From an uncultured Nitrososphaerales archaeon (GTDB lineage Archaea; Thermoproteota; Nitrososphaeria; Nitrososphaerales; Nitrososphaeraceae): 64,000 nucleotides of DNA. Made by a program: the position numbers and the translations under genes. The stretch's first letter is position 1. The number at the start of each line of letters is the position of its first letter. Shown here one piece after another: positions 1 through 11,053 of this stretch. The notes beneath the pieces were generated by a model, which was given only the letters and a program-made list of their open reading frames with translations, searched no databases and had not been told where the DNA came from. The DNA lies in NCBI GenBank assembly GCA_963709405.1, contig CAVPXM010000020.1, positions 1-64,000 of the forward strand, read 5' to 3'.

Positions 1-12
1 TTAGACATTCTG

Positions 13-716
13 ATGATACTAAATCATAGAAAAAAGCATAATGTGATTCTATTATCTTTCCTATTGACAAGCATTGCTAGTCTGCTACTCCTAAGTGCGA
101 GTTCCGGAACTAACAGCATTTATATCCCTAGCACAACAGATGAATGGAAATACTACCGCTACCACTGATACTTCCTCTCAAACTATGGGAAATGAAACTG
201 GCCTCAGGACAGAGCAGAATCATACCAAGCTTTGCGCTGCCAGATTTTAAAGGTACAGTGGAAAATATACCATGGTCACAACAAGGTCCACCCTCGACAA
301 AGTTTGCCGGTCAAAAACATTACCCGGCACTGATTGTGGATATACAGTCATTAGCTAAGGAAAATCATTGCTATAGAGACGAGGTCAAGACTTCAAATCA
401 TACCCAAGTAGTGCTAAATAGCCTTAAGCCTGGTGAAGAAATTGGACTAGAAGTACATAACACGCTTGATCAACTTTTGTTCTTTGTACAGGGAACTGGT
501 ATGGCAAATATTAGCGGTCATACATTCCCAATAAAAGAAGGAGATCTTGCGTACATTCCTGCAGGTACAGTGCATAATTTTGTTAATACAGGAAATACTG
601 ACTTAAAGCTGTATACAACATATTCTCCACGTAATCACGAACCAGGAACAGTTCAGGAAACAAAAGCTGAGGCAGCCGGTTATACGCCAGTTGGAAAAGT
701 TGAGGAAGAGCATTGA
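13..716 (+). CDS. Secreted cupin-domain protein, split by frameshifts
   Basis: The cupin motifs EVHNTLDQLLFFVQGTG and IPAGTVHNFVNTG are in ORF 144-716. A signal-peptide-like MILNHRKKHNVILLSFLL starts at ATG 13, and AQQMNGNTTATT lies in another frame. Confidence 0.75.
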
Positions 717-830
717 AAGAGGCTAATTAAACAACAACAAAAATAATAACAACTATAATTTCCAACCCGCACACTTCAATTTTTCTGCCGATAGTCAGCA
801 ATACGCCTTCAAAGATTAACGAACGATATA

Positions 831-1211
831 TTGGATGTGACAAGAATTTCCTCTCAAATGCTCAAATTAAATAAAGAGAAATTTAATCTAAACGACGTCA
901 TAGTACAGCTTCTAGATGAATTTGGTAGCCAAATTGACAGTGGAAGAGTAACTCTTGTATTTAACAGATCAAGGAAAGAGAAAGAGAAAGTGGAAGGACA
1001 ATTAACAGAAGATAGCTTCGTAATAGCTGATAAATCCAGGATAACACAAGTTATTTCAAATCTGTTGAGCAATGCGATCAAATTTACAAATGAATGGTTT
1101 ATTGAAATTCCCATCAAAAGGGAACAAGTCTTTAATAACCATCTTCATAGTACTAGGAATATATCTAGTCGGCAGCCTTATTCAGAAAGGAGGGCAAAGT
1201 GTCATCTCTGA
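831..1211 (+). pseudogene. Histidine kinase HATPase_c fragment
   Basis: ADKSRITQVISNLLSNAIKFT is an N-box. The H-box and G-boxes are absent. Confidence 0.8.
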
Positions 1212-1242
1212 TAGAAAACCAGCTTTGTGGAGATAATGCACT

Positions 1243-1701
1243 TTGAACACTTTGGACCACAGCAATTATTATTCCTATCTTCACACATTTCTTAGTCAAA
1301 TACCTATAATAAAATTAGATGAATCCGATCAGTTACCATTTATCAAAAAGGGAGAAAGACTTACATCAAATCTAATGGAGATTCAGTTAAAATTAAATAA
1401 ATTTCGAAGTAGAGTTTTAGAAAGATTTCCTAACCATTCCCTGCATAGGAAATTGTCTAAATTTTATGAACTAGACTTTTCCACTCTTATTGATATAATA
1501 TATAAAAGAAGTACTCATAAGCTATCATTAAAAGAAGCTGATGAATGGCAAGATTATTTTAATGCCCACAAATCTGATATACTTAGACTTATCGATGAGA
1601 ACCGGAGATTAGTAACGGAATTAGACTCCATGGTATTTGATCTATACGGACTAACCGAAGAACAAAGAAACATCATAGTTAGGTCTTTAGAATCAGAATA
1701 A
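1243..1701 (+). pseudogene. C-terminal fragment of a type IIG/Eco57I-like restriction-modification protein
   Basis: The helical tail LSQIPI...ELDSMVFDLYGLTEEQRNII is typical of these enzymes. No methyltransferase domain is present upstream. Confidence 0.65.
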
Positions 1702-1998
1702 ATATGTAATTTTTGTATTCTATTATCTATGTCTATCTAATCTATATGTAATACTAAAAATTCGTTTTCAAAGAGTAATTTTTTCTCAGTCAATATAAGA
1801 ATTAATGTCTATTCGCATAATCTCAAATGCTTTATTATCTTGCCATAGTATTTCTGATATCGTTACTGATTTATGTCCACTAGAAAGGACGTGTTCTCTT
1901 CCATCTTGTATTGCAAACCATAAATAACCATATCCTGTTTGATGTTGACATTCTATACATATCAAAAGAAATTCTATTGTAGTAAACGTATTTGAAAT

Positions 1999-2175
1999 TC
2001 ATTTTCCTTTATTGGAGTCTTTATTGACAGTTTCCTTTACAGTGTATGAGCCATAGGTTATATCATACCAGCAATTCCAACAAATCCAGTTTTTCTGTCC
2101 ATGTGCAGTATCGAAATCTATCTCATCATCGACGCACTCTTCATCTGAATTGCATCCACAAATTCTACATTTCAT
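1999..2175 (-). CDS. Small Cys-rich (CxxC) protein of the integrated element
   Basis: Manual translation gives MKCRICGCNSDEECVDD...WICWNCWYD...KGK* (58 aa), not in the ORF track. Its stop overlaps (ATGA) a further degenerate small ORF. Confidence 0.55.
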   Translation of the reverse strand: MKCRICGCNSDEECVDDEIDFDTAHGQKNWICWNCWYDITYGSYTVKETVNKDSNKGK

Positions 2176-2265
2176 TGGGAGTCTGCATCAATTGTTAATT
2201 TGATGATGAAGAGTTTGTCGTCTCAGTTGTAGTATAATCTACGGGTGCATATACAATCAAGAACT

Positions 2266-3424
2266 TCATAATGTAGAGGCAATATTGCTGACATCAATTC
2301 CAAAATTCATCCAAGCTGTAATGTATTTGTCAGTTAACTTTTGAGGATCATGCAGAACATAATATCTAGCACTAACTGATTTAAAGCGTCCCGCCAAAAC
2401 TTCAGCTTCATCTACAGATACTGTATCCCTAAATCTAATAACATTGTAGTGAATTTTTCTCATTGCTATATACGCAATGCCAACATCTCGTTTCATTATC
2501 TTGTGAGCTGCTGATATATCATAGTAATCGAATTTAGGTAATGTTCTAAGTTTATTCCAATAATTTGTTGGTATTATTGTTGCCAAGGCTTTTTTATTTC
2601 CCCTCGTCCATCCAATTGCAATTATAGTCATTTCATTTTTGCAATTTACTAAATGTAACTTTTCACAATCGCAGCCATATCCATTATTACAGACCTCTCT
2701 TTCTTTTATGTAAATCAACTCTTGTTCTCTTAATCCGCTCAATAATCCAATTTTAATAGTAAAACCAATTTCTCCTGGAATTTCAAATATTTTCTTGATC
2801 TTTTCCTCAATAAAGTGAGGACTAACAAGATATATCTTATCTTTCATATCAAGGTCTTTGTTCAAATCATATCTTTCGATGATTTGTCTAATAAGCTGAA
2901 CGACTTCTCTATTGTTATATTTCCTAAAATAAAAGTCTCCAAATCTTTTGATTCCTTGTAGTATCCAAGATCGTTTATGTGGTTTAAGCTTGAATAATTC
3001 TACATCAGGATTTATGCTAAAAAATATACTTGCGTATCTTTCAAAGTAACTAAGATAGCATCTTGAAGTTCGCTCATGATACTTTTGTTTAAGATACGAA
3101 TAAAATTCGTTTACGTCTATTTGTTTGTAAAAATCGTAGGGCTTCCCGAAAAGGCCAGTTATCTGACCGCTTGTCTGAAGATTAGTTTTCATAATGTCAA
3201 TTTGTTGATCGTCAGTCATCTTTGTTATTTTACCGGCGATTAGATCTTTAACAAGGTCACCAGCCGTGTTATAGTTGAGTACGATCTAATTGTATGTTCA
3301 GCAGTGGCAATTCTATGCTTCTGACTTTGACGCCTATTGTTTTCCATTCTGACTGTTGTCCTTTGATTTTCGTTTTAGGTTTCTCCAAAATCTGTTTTGG
3401 ATGATCGGTATTTTCTGTCATCAT
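2266..3424 (-). CDS. Tyrosine integrase with RHH-like N-terminus (frameshift near 3281)
   Basis: Catalytic-type motifs SGLREQE, AMRKIHY and LAGRFKSVSARYY. The N-terminus MMTENTD...WKTIGVKVRSIELPLLNIQLDR reads from ATG 3424 in a shifted frame. Confidence 0.85.
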
Positions 3425-3622
3425 TACTCAATCCTAATCTTATTTGGCTCCATCTGTCAAGGCACCACCGGGTGTAATATTTAACCGATGAGTTGCTTCA
3501 AAGATTACCATATATACGTTACCATATATTACTCCGACTAATAAATATTAGGGTAATGTATAAGGTCATAGCTAAGGTAATGAGTAGTAAAGATATAGAC
3601 ATCCAGTGGTAATATAGGTACT

Positions 3623-3796
3623 GTGGGGGAAATTACAACAGTATCAAAAGCATCGTCTAATTTCGCTTCATTGCGTACTGTTATTCCTATGAGCATAATA
3701 AAACAATGGAAACTGAAGGAAGGTGATAAAATAGATTGGGAATGGGAAGTTCTAAAAGGAGAAATGGTTTTGGTCGTCAAAAAGCTTAAAAAATAA
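3623..3796 (+). CDS. AbrB/MazE/SpoVT-family DNA-binding protein
   Basis: Manual translation from GTG gives MGEITTVSKASSNFASLRTVIPMSIIKQWKLKEGDKIDWEW (57 aa). It is divergent from the integrase. Confidence 0.8.
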   Translation: MGEITTVSKASSNFASLRTVIPMSIIKQWKLKEGDKIDWEWEVLKGEMVLVVKKLKK

Positions 3797-3858
3797 AATA
3801 TGAGAAATATTTGACGCAGATACTGACAGAGGGAATATAGAATCTGATTTATCATATA

Positions 3859-4023
3859 TGTTAATTTATCATATATGTTAACATGAAAAAATGCCATGTT
3901 AACACAATTTTTGAAATGTTAACAAATTAGCCGCAAGCTGTTATATATTAGCTTGAAAATGTTAGCAAAAATGTTAACATAATCCAGCCAATCAAAGCAA
4001 TTATAACCGGAAATTTGTTAACA
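3859..4023. repeat. Array of palindromic TGTTAACA motifs
   Basis: Perfect copies start at 3876, 3897, 3917, 3972 and 4016, with variants at 3859, 3939 and 3960. Confidence 0.85.
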
Positions 4024-4074
4024 TTTGCCATTTTGACGCTCAAAACCTATCGCAACCTTTCAGATAGAGTGCGA

Positions 4075-4147
4075 TGGACTGGGCGGGATTTGAACCCGCG
4101 ACCTTTCGATTGCGAATCGAACATTACTACCCCTGAACTACCAGCCC
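4075..4147 (-). tRNA. tRNA-Ala(CGC)
   Basis: GGGCTGG/CCAGTCC acceptor stem with G3:U70, anticodon arm TTCGA-TTCGCAA-TCGAA, T-arm GCGGG-TTCAAAT-CCCGC; 73 nt, no intron. Confidence 0.97.
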
Positions 4148-4430
4148 GCATCTCGATTCACACAGCATCTCACATAAGTTAACCTCTTTTATATTTACAG
4201 ATATAGAAAAGTCTGTACCTATTGCTCTGAGCCAGATTCTGTTATATTAGCAGATTTCCTCATGGTGCATTGACAATCATAAAATAAGACTTTTATTAGA
4301 AATTTGTTTCTGTGGTGAGCCTGTTACAATAATACTATTTAGTCCTTGCCTAACCGGAAATAATTTTGATAAGAATAAGCACGAATAACTAAAGGTTTAA
4401 GATATACTGCAACTTACTATCAGTACACAT

Positions 4431-4944
4431 ATGCTGAAAAAAGAAAAATCTTCCGAATATTTAAAGAGCAACAGAACTAGTCTGATAACCTTGTTAACTA
4501 TCTCGTCGTTCTTTGCAATTCTGGTCGCTACTTTGCCTCTTCAGGCGGTAAACGCACAGCTTAATCCTGACGACTTTGCAAAGTCTCTTAAAAACAGGAT
4601 ATACTAACCAATATGAGTTAAAGACTCAAAATTCAGGGGATCTTACAGTCAAATATAGCATTCTCGGCGGAGTACTGGTTGGAATACTTCCAAACGGGGC
4701 TTTGAAAGCAGGAGATATAGTCATTAATCCTGGAGGTACGGGCGGAACGTTTATTGTTCAAATACCAAGATTTGCACTCGATGCCAAGAACGCACAAGGT
4801 CAGGATGTACCATTCAAGGTTACAATAGATGGCCACGGAGCTAGCTGGCAGCAAACCCAGAGCACCAATACAGACCGAGTATTAGCGATTGCTTTTGGTA
4901 ACAATAACAGATTCATAGAAATAACTGGAACTCAAGTTGGATAA
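4431..4944 (+). CDS. Secreted thaumarchaeal protein (domain like those of PEFG-CTERM proteins), frameshifted in an A-run
   Basis: Signal peptide from ATG 4431 (...ATLPLQAVNAQ). IPRFALDAK...FKVTIDG...IEITGT follows in the shifted frame. Confidence 0.65.
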
Positions 4945-5538
4945 AAGCTCATTTAGTCCAGACTAAAGAAAATATCCTTTTTATTTCTTTTAGTGAAAAA
5001 TTGCATGCCATTATTAGTTATATGATAAATATCCTGAATTTTCATTCCCTAGTACAGCGAAATTCTCCAAATATCTGTATGGATCTTTTGGATTATGAAG
5101 CCTAGCTTATTCTCTCAAATTTAATGAATTGAAAATCTGTTAAACAGGGTTATAGTATTTCGATAAATCTCTTAAGTCACTCCCAAGACCAGAAAGTTCA
5201 TAATTTAAAGCATAAAGTATGAAGACAATTCCAAAGTAGTATCCGTTATGTTTCCAATAAGTCTATCAATTCTCATGGGTATCATACACATCAAGAATCA
5301 GTCACACAGTGTGACAAACAATTATCCAGGAAAATTTTGTTGTGAGTAATCCATTTTTGTGGAGGTTCAATTTTTATTTATTTTCTTAATCTATATTGCT
5401 ATTGATACTATTAGTATTCCTCTTCAACTAGCAAATGCATGTTAATCTGAATGATAATAACAATTTGCAAGCTCTTGCCAAAAGACTCAAACATATATGC
5501 CCCAGAAACAAATATGCACTTACGAGATATAGTTTCAA

Positions 5539-6187
5539 ATGTTATTGTTCCTAGATGCGTTAACAGTAGTATGGAATAACCTTTATCCTTTCATTGACAG
5601 ATCATTAAATGATCTTTTGAAATCCACAGTAGCCCTCTTTGTGGTCATAGACCCAATCGGTAGTGTGCCCTTGTTTATTGCCCTTACCAAAGGTATGGGA
5701 AGTAGCGACAGAAAGCGTGTATCAACTAGTGCCATAATTACAGCCGCATCATTACTTGTAGTATTTGCTGTGGCTGGTACACAGATACTATCTTTATTTG
5801 GAATCACAATTTTCAGTTTTATGATTGCAGGAGGAGTCTTACTATTCATAGTGTCAGTTGAATTATTGACTCACGGCGTGTGGAGATTTGGACAAGCCGG
5901 CAGCATAGAGGATTCGGGAGTAGTTCCATTGGCATTTCCACTTCTAGCAGGTCCAGGCGCAATCACTTCAGTAATAATTTCCTTTCAATCATACGGCATA
6001 GTAATCACAATGCTTTCCATTGCTATTGTGATTGGGATTACATATGTAGGTACTTCTTATGATAAATCCAATCTACAGACTTTTAGGTAGACGTGGATCT
6101 ACGATAGTTACCAGGGTGTTCGCAGTTTTTATAGCAGCGATCGCTGTTCAATACATAATTCAGGGAATTAAACATTTTATTTCATAG
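5539..6187 (+). CDS. MarC family membrane protein (frameshift near 3' end)
   Basis: LFVVIDPIGSVPLF and VPLAFPLLAGPGAIT. The C-terminal GRRGSTIVTRVFAVFIAAIAVQY is in another frame and ends at 6187. Confidence 0.92.
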
Positions 6188-6453
6188 AAATGAATATTTT
6201 ATGTATGTTGTTGAATATCGTTGTGGCGGAAGCCGACGATGAACGGATTTATTAAAGTAAATGCTTATTATGTCTAATTGTCAAAGGTATAGGCTATAAC
6301 ATAGAATAATAGTATGTGAACCTATTATTCAATTACATAATAGGAACAAAAATTCCATCAGAACTTTTCGTGATTGATGTAATCAGCAGTATGTAAAAAT
6401 ATGATCAAAATTAGTTTTTGGGCCATAGTCTATTCAATTAGTTGATTAACTAG

Positions 6454-6966
6454 CTAATTGATGTCTCTCGATTGAAAATCCTGCTCTAATGAATTTTGAG
6501 AAAAAGGCTCTGGCTTCTCGTACAAAGGCTTACCAGTCTCAGTTGTCCGTCTCGGAATTTTATAAACCCACTCTTTACCATTTTTCGTTCTTTCCAACTT
6601 TTTCCGATCAGAAAATCTAGACAAATATGTTGAAATTATACTTAGTTGCGTTGGCTCTTTGAACTCATGCTCGTATATTTCTAGTACATCTGAGGACGTG
6701 AACGAATTATATGTAAATTGGTTCTCGACGATATCCCAAATTCTGGCACCAATTGATGCTAAATCTTTCTTGTATGGTTCTTGACTACGATATGCATGGT
6801 TTACCGGATCAGAATCTTTATCTTTACCTCTTGCATCGAGCATATCCATCAATTCAAAAACCTTCATAACTTTACTCTTCGATATATTGCCTTCTAGTGA
6901 AAGGTTATATTTACCTCCTTCCTCGTCTTCCAATTCGATTTTTATCCTTCTTTTATCTAGGCCCAA
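6454..6966 (-). CDS. Conserved archaeal winged-helix protein
   Basis: FTSSDVLEIYE...LSIISTYLSRF...WVY wHTH pattern. Confidence 0.65.
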   Translation of the reverse strand: MGLDKRRIKIELEDEEGGKYNLSLEGNISKSKVMKVFELMDMLDARGKDKDSDPVNHAYRSQEPYKKDLASIGARIWDIVENQFTYNSFTSSDVLEIYEHEFKEPTQLSIISTYLSRFSDRKKLERTKNGKEWVYKIPRRTTETGKPLYEKPEPFSQNSLEQDFQSRDIN

Positions 6967-7227
6967 TTTTCATACTTTACTTGCAGATGAGTTAATAGTT
7001 AAGCAATTAAAGCTGATAGTAAAAATGGCCATGACAAATCGGTTAGCTTTTCTTAGCTGAATCTTGATGGAAAAAGGAATTAGCGCAATAGCAAGTTATT
7101 CTAATCATCTCTTCATTCAAAATATTAAATCCATCTATTATGTTTCAAGTGTTTCAAATAGATGAGAATTATGTCGTATAAAGAAATGTTTTTTATTTTA
7201 AATATTAGTAGAAAAAATTGAAATTAA

Positions 7228-7737
7228 TTGGAAACCAAGAGGAGACCAACAGGTGTCACAGTAATAGCCATCTTGACAATAATTGGTGGTATTCTTATAC
7301 TTATATCGGGAGTGTCCTTGCTTGCAGTATGGATCATGATTTCGGTTGCTCCAGGCAACATACCGATAACCGCAACTACAAATGTCACTTCTCATACTAT
7401 AACTCAATTTTTCGGCGTCTTCTCAGCTATTTTGGGTGCTGTGTTTTTGGCCATGGGTATAGGATATCTCACCATGTTTTATGGCCTGCTCAAAGGAAAG
7501 GGATGGGCATGGCTTGTAACTATAGTCCTACTCATAGTAGGAATAGTCGTTCAAATAGTGTCAACTACATCGGGAGGTGTATTTAATGCATCTGTTATCA
7601 GCAGAGGCGAAATCAATAATAGATCAATTATTTCTGAGATCACGGTAAGCCTAATAACAATAGCAATCAATATGCTCGTAATATATTATTTATTTAGACC
7701 ACATGTCAGAGAATACTTCGGTAAATTGCATAATTAA
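7228..7737 (+). CDS. Four-TM membrane protein
   Basis: RPTGVTVIAIL, GLLKGKGWAW and YYLFRPHVREYF motifs with four hydrophobic segments. Confidence 0.75.
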   Translation: METKRRPTGVTVIAILTIIGGILILISGVSLLAVWIMISVAPGNIPITATTNVTSHTITQFFGVFSAILGAVFLAMGIGYLTMFYGLLKGKGWAWLVTIVLLIVGIVVQIVSTTSGGVFNASVISRGEINNRSIISEITVSLITIAINMLVIYYLFRPHVREYFGKLHN

Positions 7738-7849
7738 TGGTTTACTAAAAGAGTCTAAATACAAAATATATAAAATTGGAACATTAATAATACAAGTTTG
7801 GAAACTAAAACTAGGGTGGGTCGAACCGATAGTTAGAGTCCAAGTAGCA

Positions 7850-8392
7850 TAATATCTGAATACATCACAAACGTCAGCATAATGAATAAATTCACCGCAA
7901 AAGAATGTATGCAAGACTCAACTTTCAATATATCTGTTGAGAATAAATGTTCTCTACATGTTGACGATATTATCTCCAAAATTAAGAAGAATAGAAAAGA
8001 TCTCTACTCACTTCTATATGGGTATGCTAGATACTTGGGCGAAAACAAGATTTCAACATTGCACTAAAGCAACGAGTTGTGACTATGAAAAACTTCCTCG
8101 AGTATCATGATATAGACATTAGTCCACGAAGCTTCAAACTAAAAGTGAAACCACCCTGGACAATCAGAAAAATCAGGGGTTTTATCAATACGTATTAAAG
8201 ATCTGGATTTTGATTCAAATCCCTCAAAACTAGCCGTAAGCAACTGAATCAATCAATGAGAGACCGTGATAAAATGAATGAACGATGATGCAATAGCGCA
8301 TTTATCAGATCAACTTGTGGCAATAACAGGAAGATTGCAAGAACCTGAGAGAAGACAAACAACAGCGCAAATATTTTGCCAACAGACGTAAC
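7850..8392 (+). pseudogene. Tyrosine integrase relic with internal deletions
   Basis: KQRVVTMKNFLEYHDIDISPRSFKLKVK, LKDLDFDSNP and the tail DDAIAHLSDQLVAITGRLQE occur in broken frames. Confidence 0.7.
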
Positions 8393-8720
8393 AGAAAGCA
8401 ATGAATGATAATAACAATACGGCGGATAATGAAATAATAAATGACATATGTTATTGCGAGCATAAGCAAGGTTATCATTATATATATGACTATGCTATTT
8501 TCCGCGTATTTTCAATAAAAATAGGCGAGGTCTAACGATAAATGACAATCCATTTAACAATTGGTTTTGGAAGGAATGTCAATGCAGAGTTTAGAAGCAA
8601 TTCAGAATTCCCGGTCTAGTTGCATGATAATAATACGTATTTTGATGCATACATTGCTTCTATACTCACTACTTTAGTGCCAATTTCTCAAAGTTTATCT
8701 ATCCACTTATTTTTCATGTC

Positions 8721-9011
8721 ATGTATTCAAAATCTTCACCAAATTGCGAAGTGGATCTGACTTTGCAATTGATACTGCTGGTAATAAGTATAACAAGTGA
8801 ACAATTGGAAAGAGCTGTTACATGTGAACATTGTGATGTAGATGCTTATTACAAACTGACTATTGAATACTTCAACGACTGTGAGATACTGACTACGTAT
8901 CTATGTATAAAATGTGTAAAGATAGAAAGTAAGAAAGTAGTTGATGATTTTCCTTCAATAAGATCATTAAGAGTGGAGCCTATAATACATCCTGCTATAC
9001 TCATTATTTAA
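8721..9011 (+). CDS. Small CxxC...CxxC protein
   Basis: CEHC and CIKC pairs. The start is uncertain. Confidence 0.45.
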   Translation: MYSKSSPNCEVDLTLQLILLVISITSEQLERAVTCEHCDVDAYYKLTIEYFNDCEILTTYLCIKCVKIESKKVVDDFPSIRSLRVEPIIHPAILII

Positions 9012-9202
9012 TTTTTTGAAATTTAGAAATATAATTGGAACAGGATTTGGACGATATTTGATATATCTAATTTAGTATGTATTACATAATACCTTGTATC
9101 CATATACAAGTCAAGCCATTCATTCATTCATTCATTTTCTAGCAATCTATTTCTTCGTCTAAATATAGATTATTTCCACAAGATACTCTCTTACTCACCC
9201 TT

Positions 9203-9757
9203 TTAACCCTTCCATGCTTGAAAGAGAGGTTCATATTCTTGGAATGTAGGACTAACTGGACCTAGTTGCATCATAAAGCTAAGATCATCACGGATTGCTC
9301 TGTGTTCTACTATTTTCCCACCACTAATCCTGAACATATGCATTGCTTCATAAGTGAAGTTGCGTCCTGTTCGAGGAATACCAAAAAAATTACCCACATA
9401 TTTACCACTAACAGTTACAAGAGTAATAACTTTGTCTTTTGAAGCAATCATTTCCTGTTCCTCATAATGAAGATCAGCAAATGCGTTCCGTAACGATTTG
9501 ATGGTATCTATAAACTCTTCTGGACCCTTGAGACCTGATCTATATTTAATAATATCTGTTAAATCATTTGGAAGATTTGATATGTCATCTGCTCCTGCCA
9601 TTCCCTGTGATACACGATTGATGTAATCTGGACTTATAAATTCATGAACCTTGTTTACATCTCCGCTATTAAAAGCTTGACCTGCAAGTCTAGCAATTCT
9701 AATGTTTTCTCTTTCTATTCGTTCAGTTTCGTTTTGCCCTCTTTCTTCTAAGGCCAT
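9203..9757 (-). CDS. SnoaL-like ester cyclase (NTF2-like)
   Basis: AFADLHY...GNFFGIPRTGR...FRISGGKIVEH...DDLSFMMQLG. Confidence 0.88.
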   Translation of the reverse strand: MALEERGQNETERIERENIRIARLAGQAFNSGDVNKVHEFISPDYINRVSQGMAGADDISNLPNDLTDIIKYRSGLKGPEEFIDTIKSLRNAFADLHYEEQEMIASKDKVITLVTVSGKYVGNFFGIPRTGRNFTYEAMHMFRISGGKIVEHRAIRDDLSFMMQLGPVSPTFQEYEPLFQAWKG

Positions 9758-9949
9758 AGCATCACATCTCTTTCATCATATAAATATCTAATAACGTAAG
9801 ATATCTTTTATATAATAGATCGATGACATAAACATTTTATATTTCAAGATTATCATTACATAGTAATGTCAAACAATAATAATACTAATTCTAATGATAG
9901 GCTCAATTATCACATCGCAATCTCTTAGAAGCTCTGAGTCAACAATCAC

Positions 9950-10200
9950 GTGAGTTAAGTACAAGAACTGTTCTTTTTCATCATCTTATTGGCGAACGTC
10001 TAGGGCTTAATCCTATTGACTATAAATGTCTAGATGTTATCATCAGGAGTAAGACGCCTATGTGGGCTAGTCAGTTAGGTGAAGAGACTAATCTTTCTAC
10101 AGTGCAATCACAGGTGTTGTAGATCGTTTGGAAAAAGTAGGATATGTTAGGCGAAGGAGAGATCCAAATGACCGACGAGTGATATTTATCGATTCGCTTT
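9950..10200 (+). pseudogene. MarR family regulator fragment
   Basis: GERLGLNPIDYKCLDVI and TGVVDRLEKVGYVRRRRDPNDRRVI lie in broken frames. Confidence 0.75.
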
Positions 10201-10629
10201 CTTATCATTGTCATTATTATTGGGTATACTTTCCTCAACAATATTTTTCAAATTTTGCAAATCTTGCTCCACCATTCTTATGTCTTCAGCATACTTTTCC
10301 TCTGACATACCTACTAACTGGAATACCGTAAATATCACCTCACTTCCATCACCGTTCTGCACAACACGCATAGGAACGAATACTTCATCAGGAGAGGATA
10401 ATAGCTTGACATAATGATCCAAAATACCGAGATCATTTCTTTCTGTAATTCTAACTTTGGCTTGTCCTTGAGGGGTTTTTGCAATCCATTCTCCATTCAA
10501 TAGCTTAATTGATCGACAAAACATTTTAGCCCATCTGGGAAGATTATCTAGATTTAGGACAAACTCATATATTATTTTAGGCTTCCTATTGATCGATACA
10601 CTTAATGTCCTTGATTTTAATAAAATCAT
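10186..10629 (-). CDS. SRPBCC/polyketide cyclase family protein
   Basis: NLPRWA, GILDHYV and VPMRVVQNGDGSEVIFT motifs. Confidence 0.85.
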   Translation of the reverse strand: MILLKSRTLSVSINRKPKIIYEFVLNLDNLPRWAKMFCRSIKLLNGEWIAKTPQGQAKVRITERNDLGILDHYVKLLSSPDEVFVPMRVVQNGDGSEVIFTVFQLVGMSEEKYAEDIRMVEQDLQNLKNIVEESIPNNNDNDKKANR

Positions 10630-10710
10630 GTTAATTCTTGTTCATTCCTGTTATTCTTAATAATAATTTTGATGTATGCTTAAGTCCATGGGTATTGTCT
10701 TGTCCATGAA

Positions 10711-10947
10711 TTATGAATCTGATGATGCTGTTGTAGTAGTTCTCGTTTTAAATCTATCTAGTTCTGATTCATTAATCAGAAATACAAAGATCTGACCATT
10801 GCACTCAGTAACAGACTTTAGGACATAACCACCACTAGCTATAAGGGATTCTAATTCAGCAAGCATTTTCTTTAGACTTGCACCATCATGTTTTGTCGGA
10901 TCAGCACTTTTAACTATTATTAATGGACTTTCATGCCAGTTTGTCAT
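10711..10947 (-). CDS. Hypothetical protein
   Basis: Clean 78-aa ORF, co-oriented with its neighbours. Confidence 0.5.
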   Translation of the reverse strand: MTNWHESPLIIVKSADPTKHDGASLKKMLAELESLIASGGYVLKSVTECNGQIFVFLINESELDRFKTRTTTTASSDS

Positions 10948-11053
10948 AGTTTATCCACATCCTTGTCCTTAATTTTCTTAGATTTGTTGATTTAGTCTAT
11001 ATTTTTTGAAGATATACTACTTATAAGAGGAAAAGCGTTCCCTATGTTCGCTA

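Noticed and set aside
3538-3897. 119-aa minus-strand ORF
   Set aside because: It is the shadow of the plus-strand AbrB gene.
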